A stretch of DNA of 60,571 bases, counting the filler, from Catajapyx aquilonaris (lineage: Eukaryota): the NCBI GenBank assembly GCA_000934665.2. It is 2 parts of 2 records of this genome, joined end to end, with 100 filler letters (N's around TTAATTAATTAA, not from the genome) between each part and the next. Parts side by side here need not be neighbours in the genome. Positions count along the whole stretch, not along the records: positions 30,138 to 60,571 come from JYFJ02004697.1; 1 more part is not named here. One strand, given 5' to 3'. Made by a program: the position numbers and the translations under genes. The notes under the pieces are model-generated. The model searched no databases. It worked only from the letters and a program-made list of their open reading frames with translations, and was not told the DNA's origin. Position 1 is the stretch's first letter. Each line of letters starts with the position of its first letter. Shown piece by piece: positions 36,336 to 48,800 of this stretch.

Positions 36336-39300
36336 AAACAGTCTCTGCTAAGTATATCCACGTTACATCCACTAATGCTGAACTAACCAGTCATGAGGAC
36401 AAAATAAAGTTCTGAATTTTACAAAAAAAAACTATTATTTTAAAATTTAAAAGCTTTTATTTCTCAGTAGCCTGCATGTTTGTTAAAAAATAGTCCCACT
36501 TATGAAAGTGCTGGTCCATGACAAATTCTCGCCAATGTAATAATTATTTATAAATAAGCCTAGACATGTCGCCCAGGGCTACTGAAATCTGCCGATCAAT
36601 AATTATGATCATGTAAGTTACTGAATCAGAATTAATCCAATATTTTAAAACTGTGACTTAGATTTGAATAATATTAAACTGGCTGTGTCCCAAGCGGACG
36701 ACATGGCACGATATCAAGAAATCTCCCTTTCTGGTAAATGCACGCAAAAAAAATCACAATTTGATCAATGTTGGCGATTTATGCAATCCTTACCGTAGTG
36801 CATATGTGACAATAAATCCAGGTTTATAACCTAATCATAATAATTATGTAGTCATGTAGTGACCACCCTGTACTTTTCAGCATTGCAGAAGAGGAATTAG
36901 CAACTGCTGTGATTAATGTGCAAGAAAGTATAATCCTACATTTAGCTTAATTTGGCCGAAATTACACGTGGCACCCTTGGGAACTACGCGTTTCTTCATC
37001 AGGGCTGCACTGTACACCTCACAATGGGCATCGTTCCCAGGAATCCAAGCGGTCGACCGTGAATACTCGCTCTATAATTTAATTTAAAGCCTTGCTCTAC
37101 AGAGGATTAGTAACACTAGCTAAAGTCAGACGACGATGATAATTTTCATGATAGAGCATTGAGATATGGAGAATTGCAAATATGATTTATGAGGAAAGAA
37201 GTGTGCGATTATCCCCCTTTCCTCTTTTTAGTTTAATAAAAATGTAGGCTATTAAACCAGATGTTCCGACGTATTCATTAATGGTTATTATGTGCAAACA
37301 CGCATGTTTAAATTCTTGGTATGGAAGAAGGTCGAGCTTGTAGCTGCCTCCCTGGCCAGATTGCAGGAAACAGAATCATCATGGTCGAAAGCAGCACCAA
37401 GAGGTCAGACACCATGAGACTGAGGCTGCAAATACAAACGAGGAAGCCCACCATCCATCTGGTACATTCTGTCAAACTTTACAGCACGTATCCGATTCTG
37501 GTTCCCGATACCCTGGCCGATACCCTTCCATTGGTCCCGCTCCGAGTAGTTGACGAACCACCCACGTTCCTATCTCCCAAAGTTGACGTACCGCGCTCTT
37601 GTTTGCAAATCCGATCAGTGGATTAAGCTGCGCGTTCGTCGCGATTTTTGCTAGTACAGTAGCAAGTGTGTGTCAGTAGGTGCTAAAGGTGCCGGCAGTG
37701 AGTCGCTGGAAAGACTTGGCCCCCACCATCCATCCCGTTGAGGACTCTCTACCCACCGCCAGATTTAGCCCATGAAACACTAGTAGGGGCCAGGGGGTGG
37801 AGGGGGGTTGCAGGTTAGTGGAAAGGCGAAGGGGGAGGGAGGTCTGGTTGGTCCATTGGATTCAGGAGAGGCAGCCTGCTACGAACCCGCCTCTATACCA
37901 GGGGGCCTAATTTTAACCCGGGGCACAGCCTGGAAGAAATGCGTGGTGGAGGTGGCTGCGATTAGCCCATCTTCTTACCTGATACACCACCCTCCCAACC
38001 CGCCCCACCCAGACCAGCGCCGCCTCACAAACTTATTGGTAAGCAACATGTTTTTTTTGTTGTTGTTGTTGTCATTTCGTCACAGGTAGCCACCCCCACC
38101 CGGGCTGCGGCCGACTAGTATTCAATCATTTGGGGGTACGGGACTATACCACAAATGGCACCATGTTACATGTGGCCCTGAACCGCCCGTCCAATTTGAT
38201 TGTTATGATCATTATTGGATACAATGAGGCTTGTAGCTGGCGGGTGTGGCACCTGGGGTGGGTCGCAATATTGCTACCTATGTGTGGCCGTATGTTAAAA
38301 TGATTTGTGCAGCCTTTTCTCAACACCCGGCATGTTACTAAAATCATGTTGGCATGTAGCCCAAGTTTGACCAGTGCGACTTTTCCATTATAAGAGACGG
38401 TAGCACTGTAGAAATAGTCACCTTGCGTGTATAAAAATCGAACCAGTGGATAGCGTTAATTCTGGAGTGCATAATTATCGGGTGCACACATGTGTTGTGC
38501 GTGTGATTATGCAGGAGGTGGAAGAACCCATATACCTAATGGCACTATTTCCTTCGGCACTGACGTTTAAAGTGTTCCACAAATATGTGAGGGCTACTAC
38601 ATTAGAAGGTAGTAAGGTTTTGACCAAATAGATGCCGGTAAGTCGTCGTAGAGAAAAGTGTTAGTTTCGAAATGATGAGTTTCCTCAACAGGCCAGCTCT
38701 ATATTGCGAATGTCCTTCTTTCTCTCCACAACCCCTCTTCTAACAGATTGCAGTTCCTTGAACTTGATTGGTAGGCCATCATAAACTTGGCACTGTATCG
38801 GTGGCTGACGTCCTACAGTTCAGTAAGCCAGTACATCGTCTGATCTGAATGATGTTCCCACGTTCAAGAACTATAAGTGACTCGTTAACGATTCGATGAT
38901 GTTACTAAATTGATTGCTCATTATGCGTCTTGAATCATTGTTATCAAACACAAATGAAGAGGCATACGCCCTTTAACCATATAGCCTACTGCATAGGACA
39001 GCACATGTCCGAAAATAATTCTACGAAAAACTCTAGTCCATTTCTTGGTCCGGTGATAAATAAAGAGAGGGGCAAATAATTTAGAGGATTAAATGAGTCA
39101 CGTTTACCTGAAGAAACATTACTTGTCTTACTGTTCTAGAACATCACTTTTACATTTGTGTTATTTCTTTTGTGCATTTTCCAAATATGGTGTTTTTTGT
39201 TATGAAATTGGCACTTTTACAGTTAGTGTTGCCACTACTTACGTCAACACTATTAAATTTAAGAACTGTGCGAACGAGAGTAGTCTACAAGCAGTGTTTT

Positions 39301-40125
39301 CATAAAACATATCATAACACAGGACCGTATTATTGTCTGGGTGATTAATTTTAGTCAATTTATGACGATATGTCACCACATCTGCGCATCCCGAAATGAA
39401 TGGCTTTCCGGTGTGAACAAGATTATAACTAGCAAATCGCGGTTACCTCCCAGGAGTATATAAGCGAGATTATTACTGCTGTTTGATAACGATTCGTAGC
39501 TACAAATTATTATTAATGACAGTCAACTACATGTAATATATTCATATTTGCGTATTAAAATTACATGTTATTTTATTACATACACGTACAGAAACTGATA
39601 AAATTTTCCCCCATCACTACAGCATGTTTCATCAATAATTCAATTTACTGGCATGCACTCAATTTTATTTACGCATAACGATCAATGAACTGAAATGTAG
39701 CTGGATGATATTATTAAGTTACACTACAGTAACACAGATGAGTGTCACGTCCCAGGTGAATTTTCTGTCAATTATACCTATATGGAAGGGTCCACTGTGC
39801 ATGACTGCTTTGCCCAAACCTCTCGTTAGAAGCATGGCATATCCTGTCGTCACCTTGCATACCGTTCAGCGATTGGCTAAGAGCCGCCTTTTAACTAATG
39901 AACAATATTGGACACCGAAGCGACGTCTGAGCCGCCTGCTTGCAATACCGCCCAAAAATTTCCGTTAATTAGAAGGCACCCTTTTGGTAATTGTTCCACT
40001 GCATTATCGCACATCGTGGCAATAAGGTTCCTCCCCATAAATTAGGACGATGGCTTGTTCCCAGTCATGCTGTAAGTCTAGACGAAGAGTCGATATTATC
40101 TACCTAATTAATGAAGTGCATGGTA

Positions 40126-42830
40126 GGGGGGGGGGGGNCAAGAGTGCGCAGTGGCGATGTTGGCTATTCCATGGGCGATAAGTTGGCAACACTGAGTTTG
40201 TCGGCAAGGTGTCATGGCGGATAGCCCCCAGACAAAGTTTCAGCCGGATCTAACAAAAACAGTCTAAACCATGAGGTAAGAGTAATTTTTCATCTTCTTG
40301 ATGTAATATTTTGATTTCTTGCAAACTGTATTACGCAACTTAATGCGAACTTACGTAAATAAATCTCAAGTTGTTTTATTAGACTCGTTTCTGGGGTGTG
40401 ATATGTTATAGAAGACATTTTCAAGTGTTCTCCCTAGATGTCAGCATGTCCCGGAGACTAAGAAACTGTATCAGGGGGCAAAAGTACGCACATCGCGGTG
40501 GGGCAAAAGTACGCGCACTTTTGCCCCACAAGTGTGTACTTTGCCAAAATGAAGACTTAACTTACCAAGACTTACCAAGACTTACCCATTACTATATTTT
40601 AGGAATTATCAAAGGAAGACCCAGAGAAAAATATGTACTCCCGAGATGTTGGAGACAGCTCGACAGAGACTTGCAGAGGGTCGTTCAAAGCGTGCTGTCG
40701 CCAAGGACTTGGGCATAGCAGAATCTACTCTGCGTAAAAGATTAAAACAAGTAAGTAAGAATTGTGCACATTATTGTCGTTGTTGTTATTGTCGCACACA
40801 TTAAAATATTTGTTAACTTTTTGATATAATTAATCGAGTTCTTTGTGTTGCTTTTTTCAGGGATTTGGTGTTGAGAAACTGGGACGGTTCACATCAACGT
40901 TCACAGCACAGCGACAAGAAGAGTTGGCGAGACATTGTCGAGAACTGGACACCTGCTTCTATGGCCTAACATTCAAAGACCTTAGACGATTGGCATTCGA
41001 GTATGCAGAGGCCAACCACATCAGTCACCAGTTCCAGAGAGAGTCCAAACTAGCAGGCAAAGATTGGGCATTGGCGTTTATGCGAAAACATAGTCTGTCC
41101 ATGCGAACTCCGCAGCAAACAAGTCTTGCACGAATAATGGGGTTCAACAGAGTGCAAGTCGATGCATTTTTCAGTAATTTATCTGAGGTGATGGTGAGAT
41201 ACCAATTCACACCTGATAAAGTTTACAACATGGACGAGTCTGGAATTTCAACTGTTCCAAATCATGTTCCTAAAGTTGTTACCAGCACTGGTAAAAAGAG
41301 TGTAGGGAAAATTAGTTCAGCAGAGAGAGGTGAGTTAGTGACAACCATCTGCGCAATGAGTGCCGCAGGCCAGTACATACCCCCTGCACTGATCTTCAAA
41401 AGGAAAAGGCAAAAAGAAGAGCTAATGAATGGTGCTCCACCAGGTTCCGTGATGTTTATCTCTGACAGTGGGTACTCAAACTCCGATATATTCCTTCAAT
41501 GGATGAAACATTTCCAAAACACTGTCAAGGCAACAATCGACAATCCAGTTTTGTTAATCCTTGACAACCACGGATCTCACTTGTCTTTAGAAGCTGTTTT
41601 ATTTTGTCGAGAACATGGCATTCACATGTTGTCCATTCCCCCCCACAGCAGCCACAAACTTCAACCACTAGATCGCGGCTTTTTTTATGGACTCAAGACG
41701 TACTATGCAGAAGGTTGCAACAACTGGCTCATATGCCACCCAGGAAGGGTCATCACGCAGTACCAAATCGCCGCAATATTCGGCACTGCCTATTGTAGAT
41801 GTGCTTCAGTAGAAAAGGCTGTCAGTGGTTTTAAGGTGTGTGGGATTTTGCCTGTTGATCCTGGAGTGTTTACAGACGAGGACTACGCCCCATGTGCAGT
41901 GACAGATGTGCAAATCAGTGAATCGCCGTCATCTACTGGAAATGCAGTGCCATCTACTTCTGGCACCCAGCACCCAGCAAAGTCATCTGCACTGCAAGAT
42001 CAAACTATTCATTCAGACTCGGATGATGAACTTGATCATGCAGCAATGGTGAATCAAGTCTCCCCTGCAGACATCAGACCACTCCCAAAAAGGAAGGAGC
42101 CCCAGCAAAGAAGAAAGCAAGGGAAAAGGTCCGAAATAATTACAGGTTCGCCTTTCAAGAATGAGTTACAAGCCAAATTTGCAGACAAAAAGGGGAAGGA
42201 GTCTAAGAAGACGCGTCGCACAGAGACCACAAGGCCAGTTAAGCGCCAACGACTTTTCGCTGATGACATGACTCATGCTAATCCAAAAAAGAATAAAACT
42301 GAAACTGGAAGCATCATACTCTGCCAGGGCTGTGAGGAGGAATATACAGATCCTCCCTATGAGGACTGGATTATGTGCAAGGCATGTGAAATGTGGTGGC
42401 ATGAAGCGTGCTCCTGTTATGGAGGAACAGGCGATTTTATTTGTGACAATTGCTAAAAGATGTAAGAAAAATGGAATTTTACATGTATTTAGATGAAAAT
42501 ATAATTATTCAGATAACTGGGCATGTATTTTTTAATTTCATTGTGTTCCACACAGTCTGTGTAGTCATTCCAAATCGTTTGTTACATGCGCACTCTTACC
42601 CCACGATACACGCACTTTTGCCCCACCGGTGGGGCAAAAGTGCGTTTGTGCAACTTTGTGCAAGAAAATTTATTAAAAGAAACCCATTCAACATTTAAAT
42701 CAAATTCCTGGTGTATTTAAAAGGAAAAGGTTTGAGTATTTTGTGGCATAAATTTTAAGGTTCTAAATAGTTTTATAAACGAGATACATGAGCTGAAACA
42801 CTAAGTGCGCACTCTTGCCCCACTCTACTC
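40126..42830 (+). mobile_element. Full-length pogo-superfamily (Fot/Passer-like, DD35D) DNA transposon
   Basis: 25-bp TIRs (...ggggNcaagagtgcgca / tgcgcactcttgccccactctactc) flanked by TA. Internal ggggcaaaagt repeats near both ends. Encodes an intact transposase. Confidence 0.9.
40271..42456 (+). CDS. Transposase: HTH_psq + CENP-B-type HTH + DDE_1 + C-terminal PHD-like finger, about 582 aa
   Basis: Exons 40271-40275 (ATGAG|gtaaga), 40603-40750 and 40861-42456 give MRNYQRKT...ESTLRKRLKQ|GFGVEKLGRF. Catalytic motifs NMDESG, LILDNHGSH and QPLD (35-aa spacing). C-terminal CQGC...WIMCKAC...WWHEAC...FICDNC. Confidence 0.92.
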
Positions 42831-45800
42831 TACGTGTCGTTCGGAGTTTGGCAGAGGAACAGAAAGATTCCAGCGAGGATTGTGGCTTCCAAGGCCACTG
42901 GAAATACACGGGGTATTTCCACCCGCTTGTCCTTTGCTGTGCACGGTCCCGTAGTACACATGTTCGTGGCACAGGAATTCGCCATCAAATCGATCCCCGA
43001 AAATGTCCGGAGCACCACTTGTTCCTCGCACCCTTCCCAGACACACCCACGCTGGCGCAACCCATACCATGTAACACTCGGGAGCTTATTTCCACGTATA
43101 TACTGTAGCGTGCTTATGTAAGGGAGTCTAATTTTGTTTCTGGCGGAACCAAATGCGTGGGAAAGTGCATACTGCATGATCCTAACTGGCGATTTCCAGA
43201 TGCACATAGTCTTTTTGTGGATTAAGGTTCAAGCGTCCTTTGGCTTATTGCAAGTTTAATATAATGTGACCACACTAACAACAACTATAACTAATAATAA
43301 TAACTCCTAAATACCAACAACTAATTATAACGATAATGATAAACCATCACCATGCTGATGCTGGTTAGATTCACGATTGACGTGGTCAAGGACGTGGTAT
43401 TGCAAATTTTTGAAATCTGCTAACTAAACTAAATGCGTTACAGGGATGGGCACATATCAGTGTTATATATTAAGCATAACCTGAATTCGTCGTCATTAAT
43501 TAATCAAATAGGTTTCATACTACCCTGTGGGATTAATGTCGGATCACTTGCGTGGTACAGCATGCAATCTGATGCATTTTTAAGCTGCAAGACCTCTGTT
43601 GGATATTCCCTCTACATGTGCACTCTACAGTGTCACCAGCTAACGTTTACACCAGCACTCCCAAATTAATATATTATGCAATGTTGGTCAAACATTGCAA
43701 GAGCATGTGAGTCGGACCTATTGGGGTTCAGTATACATGCGACACTCTGGAATAAGCCATAAGCTCAGAGTTTACTCTGCACTGAAGATGGGTAACTACT
43801 GTATATAAAGCCATTATTTTCTAAACAATTTTTGGTCGAAACCGCGGTAGCCATTGTGTGATAGTACAGTACAGTTGTTCTCGAAGAGTACTTCCTGCTG
43901 ATGATTCAGTCAGTTTTCTGCTGGAACAGTCACAGTAACATAGGAAAACAAGTTTCTAAAAGTGGAGTCTAAAAGTTACTGTAGTGACAAAAGAGTCTTC
44001 AACTGTAAACTGTCACATCTTGACTCTGATAATTTTGCATTTATGGTCTTCGGAATAAAATAACCTCCTGCTCATAATTTGTCAGCCTCTTAATTGCCTT
44101 TTGAATATTTTAAAAATAGACACTAATCACTTCATGGGCTTTCCCGTAAAACTATAAGGCAGTCAGTAGTTTCGTTTCTTCTTTTCTTCTACTGTTGCAA
44201 TTATTTGGCACAATTCTTCCACCAAAAATCACAAGATCAGTGGAGTGTATAGCCTACCTTAGAGACCTCTTCAGTGTGCATCCGACAATCAATCACTCAT
44301 CAAAATGTTAGCTTTGTTTCTATATACTGTACTATTTTATTGCACCACCCAGGAGAATGCATAAGACGGCATTGCACTATAGCACATGCACTTCTGTTCC
44401 TCTAATGCATTAGATAACCACTAAAACGAACATTTCAGTTGAAACACCCTGCATACTACCGCCCGCGCCCTAAAGAAAAAAACATCCCATCTGCACTCTG
44501 CAATAAGGTCGTGTATTCCTTCAAATTGCCTGGTCCAAGCTTCCTTATCGCAATCTACAAATGCGACTTTTTTCGGTAGGATTGTAGTATGGTACCAACT
44601 GTCCGTATAATGTGGACCTGCAGCACATACTCATACACGTGGTTGCGCGCCATCGGTTCAGGTTGAATAGAAGTAACGTATCCATCGTGCTCGTGTGTAT
44701 GTGTGTGTTGGAGGGAGACAAGCTGCAAAGTCTAAACGGGAACCTACAGTATATCCTGTTATAAACATGCAAGTTGGCGCTCTGTCAAGTAGGGAAAGTA
44801 TCGCCCTTTGTTGGAGCCCGTTGTGGGGGACGGGGACGAATAATGTTCAAACTTTTAACACCATGCAACTTCCGTCTTACTCAAGCTACATCCGTCGTAA
44901 TCCAAATGCATTGTGCAAAGGTCATTGCCTTCATGTCTTCAAAATAAACGAAAATGATAATAGAAATCTAACAGTATAATAGTATTAATTCCGTAAGTGT
45001 CGTAAATAATTTCAAAAGTGGCTAATTAACTCGTGAATTGAAACAGTGTGTGCGTCTACAACAATCCTGCTCCAATTGCTTGCGGCCAAGCGAAAAAAAA
45101 CAAGAGTTTGTTTTTCTTTGTCCCACAGAGGACGTCGGAAGCTCATAAAACAACGCCCAAGGATGCAACAGACTAGTGCATAATTATAGAGCCTATACCT
45201 TGGCTCCTCTTTAGGGTCAAGATCGTTGAAAACTACACACCATTGGTAGGGAATTTCCTGGATTTAGCGAGGTGTTAGAAAAAAAAGTTTACACTTTGAG
45301 AGTGGCAGCTGCTCAAATGTAGTTTAAAACTGCTGGCTGGTATTGACCCATTGCACACGGCTGGATGGAACCTGTCTGCAAAGTGAAATTAGCAGGGAGC
45401 ATATTGCAGGAGAAGGTTGTCATCAACAGGAATTGGAGACCATTTAAAAAGCGATATGGGGAGTGTACGAAACTTTCCGAAGGTTCCCATCAGGATAAAT
45501 CAGAATGATGGCATTGGGTTCAGGCCAACTTGGATTGCTCTTCTTCTGCTACACGCCTGGGGAATATTGCTTTCCTCGGACGGAATTTGGCGAGCTACAA
45601 TACCGAGTTCCTAAGCGACTTGGTCACCGAATGACTTCATTTTTTTTCGGCTATACAAAAAATCTTGATCACTTTTTCTGTCACCTGAAACCCACAATGT
45701 ACATAAAGAGAGACCGAGTAAAGCTAGTAAAAAGTTGCCACTACGTCGTCATCAACACTTTCAGACAAAGATGGCCACGCTCCAATAAACCATGTTGGCA

Positions 45801-48800
45801 AAGTATAGGCCTAGCTGGGTTTTTCCTATAGCACATATTTGGATATTTTGTTGAGACAAACCCAGATTTGGAAAGTGATTGAAAATTAATAATAGATGTG
45901 GAGCATATATTTATTTCCCACACGTAATCTAATGTCATAATAGCTCGAACTAGCTCAATTTCCTCGTGTAACAACCTTGATCGAAAGGTGTTTCTGATCA
46001 GTGCATTGTGCAGAAGTGTAAAATATAACCTACATCAGTAGTTTTGATGACTTCAGCTTAGAACAAGGAGCTTCACTGACCAAGCATGGAAAAGGCTAAA
46101 TAGTTTTTTGCACAGTTTCTTATTGATGTTAAATTCAGAGCGTGAAAAATTGGCAAAAAATTAGCCAACCAGCATAATGGACCTCCACCCACATCATATA
46201 CGCATCACTCCTATTTCTGTATTCGAGGGACTACGCCCATTCAGAATTCGTACGTATCTGTTACATTGATGTTCATATGACTTAAAGAGTCGGATTAAAG
46301 CAATATACGGTTGAGAGACAGCAGACAAAGTTTACACAAAACGTTACGCAGGAGTTGCACTTGTGTTGCACCTTTTGTGAAGTAAATAGGAGGAAAATAT
46401 TTCCAGGATTGCCCAGGTCTGAAAATAGCCCGCGAGGCGGTAAACGTAGGCCTACTACACACACGGCCAGTGCGTGGACATCAAGCTTACCGGCTGCTAT
46501 AGTTGTGTACTATCATCTCCGAACGGAACTAGTTCATCCGCCTTCCCCGCTTCTCAAATCAGGTAGAGTCATTCACGTCGGTACTTGTCAAACGACCAAA
46601 TTGGCATGTAGCACATACGGTTATGTCATCCTGGCCGGATCTGATATTTTTCAACAATGATGTTCAAAAAAATACCACCATGTAGAAAAATAGCTTTGGC
46701 TATTTTCCGCCTGGTGATATGATAAAATCGGTCCAAAATGGATCGGATCGCATCGGAATGGATCGGATCAGATCGGACCGTGTCAGTGTGACATCACCCA
46801 TGATCCTGCATCGCATGTATTCTTTGCGTGACCTACCTCAACATGCTCCATTTGTCCATAAGTGTCATTTTAGAATCACACAAGTCAGTAAGGTTCCTAC
46901 CCCAACATTGGCAAGCGTACTTGTGCAGGATTACGATTGTTACAGCATAAGTGCATTAATGACGCAAATGGGGGTGGAAGTTAGGGGTGAAAAGGCGAGG
47001 AAGGGTGAGGATGCAGGAAAGTGAGACGGGACTATAGCGGTTTCCGCCTCGTGACCCAACATAACACATCCTAAAATAAACCGCCAACTTGGCTGTTGGT
47101 TTACTACAATGGCGGAAGGGCGACTGCCGTCTGTTTTCCGTTTTTCATTTTTTTCTATATTTTTTGTCGCTCGTCAGTAGACAGAGGAACGACGTCGTGT
47201 GCTTTAAATGCTGGAGAAACGCCTTTCCTTTGTTCCAAGGCCTTCACCTGTCCACCCCACCCTACTACATCTTGCTGTTTACCAATATTTAATCATTGAA
47301 GTCAGGTCTTGGCCAGGATACTTTCGCACATTTTCATACCTATAGGCATATAGTAAGACAGAGATCATATCACCCATCTTTTAATTTGTTTTGAATCCAG
47401 TTTTGCCTGACTATATCAGTCGGACAGTGGAAATGAGTTGGGAAAGATAGTAATGTAGAGCAATTTTTATTTCAAAGGTTATAATCTGAGGTGGTGGAGT
47501 GGGGATCAATTGTGGATGTCGCGACGGATAATGAAGAAAAAGGGGGCGGGCAGGAATGAAATAGATGGGGGACTGGCTCGATTCCCAGTCTGATCCCCGT
47601 CTCCTTGTGCGGCTGAGGCCACAAATACCGCGCTTGCCAAGCCTTTTCCAGCTTGGCCAAGGTTTCCAAGGCTCCCGGGGCCAGATGAGGGTCAGTCTCA
47701 TTTCAAGACCGCATATATAGCTCTTTTTGATTGTCGACACGCAACGGGAGAAGTGTTTTTTTTCTGTAGACATGTGGAGTGTAACAACAAGTGAATGCAT
47801 GTATTTGGCTCAATTTTGGTTTTCTAAAGGCAACTTTAGAAGTGAAGTTATTAATAACACTAGCTGCACGGCATGATATAAACATTGTCCTGGGTGCCCT
47901 ATGTAAAGTCTGAATAATGCAGTGTAGACTATTTCATTATCTTTCCAATAGCATGGTTTAGTGTAATTATTCAGATATGATTTGACTATAATTATGTAGA
48001 CTATAATATGATAATATGTATATTGTATAATATGTAACATTTGCTGATTCTCTGAGGAAGCATAACTCACGCTATATGCTCTCTAGTCTGTTCAGGTGAA
48101 TTGCACATTGATCCTTTCACGATAACGAACTTCCTGTTATTAAAATTTACCTTCAGAAACAGCATATTATAAATTCCGTTCTCTTCGTTGAGATTAGACT
48201 TAGAATGGATAATAAATTGTGCTTATCCACTTATGCAATGTATTAATTTCATGGCAAATTTTTCAACAAAAGAGGTGGTTCATTTAAAAATATATAATAT
48301 GAGAGTGGTTTTGTGCAGCCATTGAAAATATTTGCTGCCAATTTACAAAATAGGCCCACAGAAATATTATTGACATCACAAGCATTTAGTAGCGGGAGCA
48401 AAATATGCGGATTCCAGCAACAAATCATTTCTGAAAAATCATGTGTATTTTGTAATGTTGTCATAAAATATTAAATTTTCCACTATCAGCACAAAATTAT
48501 TTGCATGTGGTGAGAAAAATGTTTGCACTGATAACAAAACGGCTTTGTGGGGGTAGCGCATGTTAAATGTGCAAATTTAAAAACTGCAAAAGTATACCTC
48601 AAAAACTAATAACAAAAATGTGCAGAGTTGCATGAGGATCGTATTAGCTATTTAATTTTTATTTCAAGACGAAAATTGTGGAAATAAATGCAGTCCATAA
48701 TTTATAAGTTTCCAACCCAAAGTCGACTCGAAAGCGATACTTTCTCTGAACTTTGCTAACGATACAAAAGCTCCAAACCTTTGAAGTCATACTAAGGTGT

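Noticed and set aside
42763..43207. Cluster of overlapping 70-125 aa ORFs
   Set aside because: GC-richer patch without domain, splice or codon support.
47728..47744. TGATTGTCGACACGCAA resembling miR-219
   Set aside because: Two internal mismatches, a divergent 3' end and no complementary star arm.
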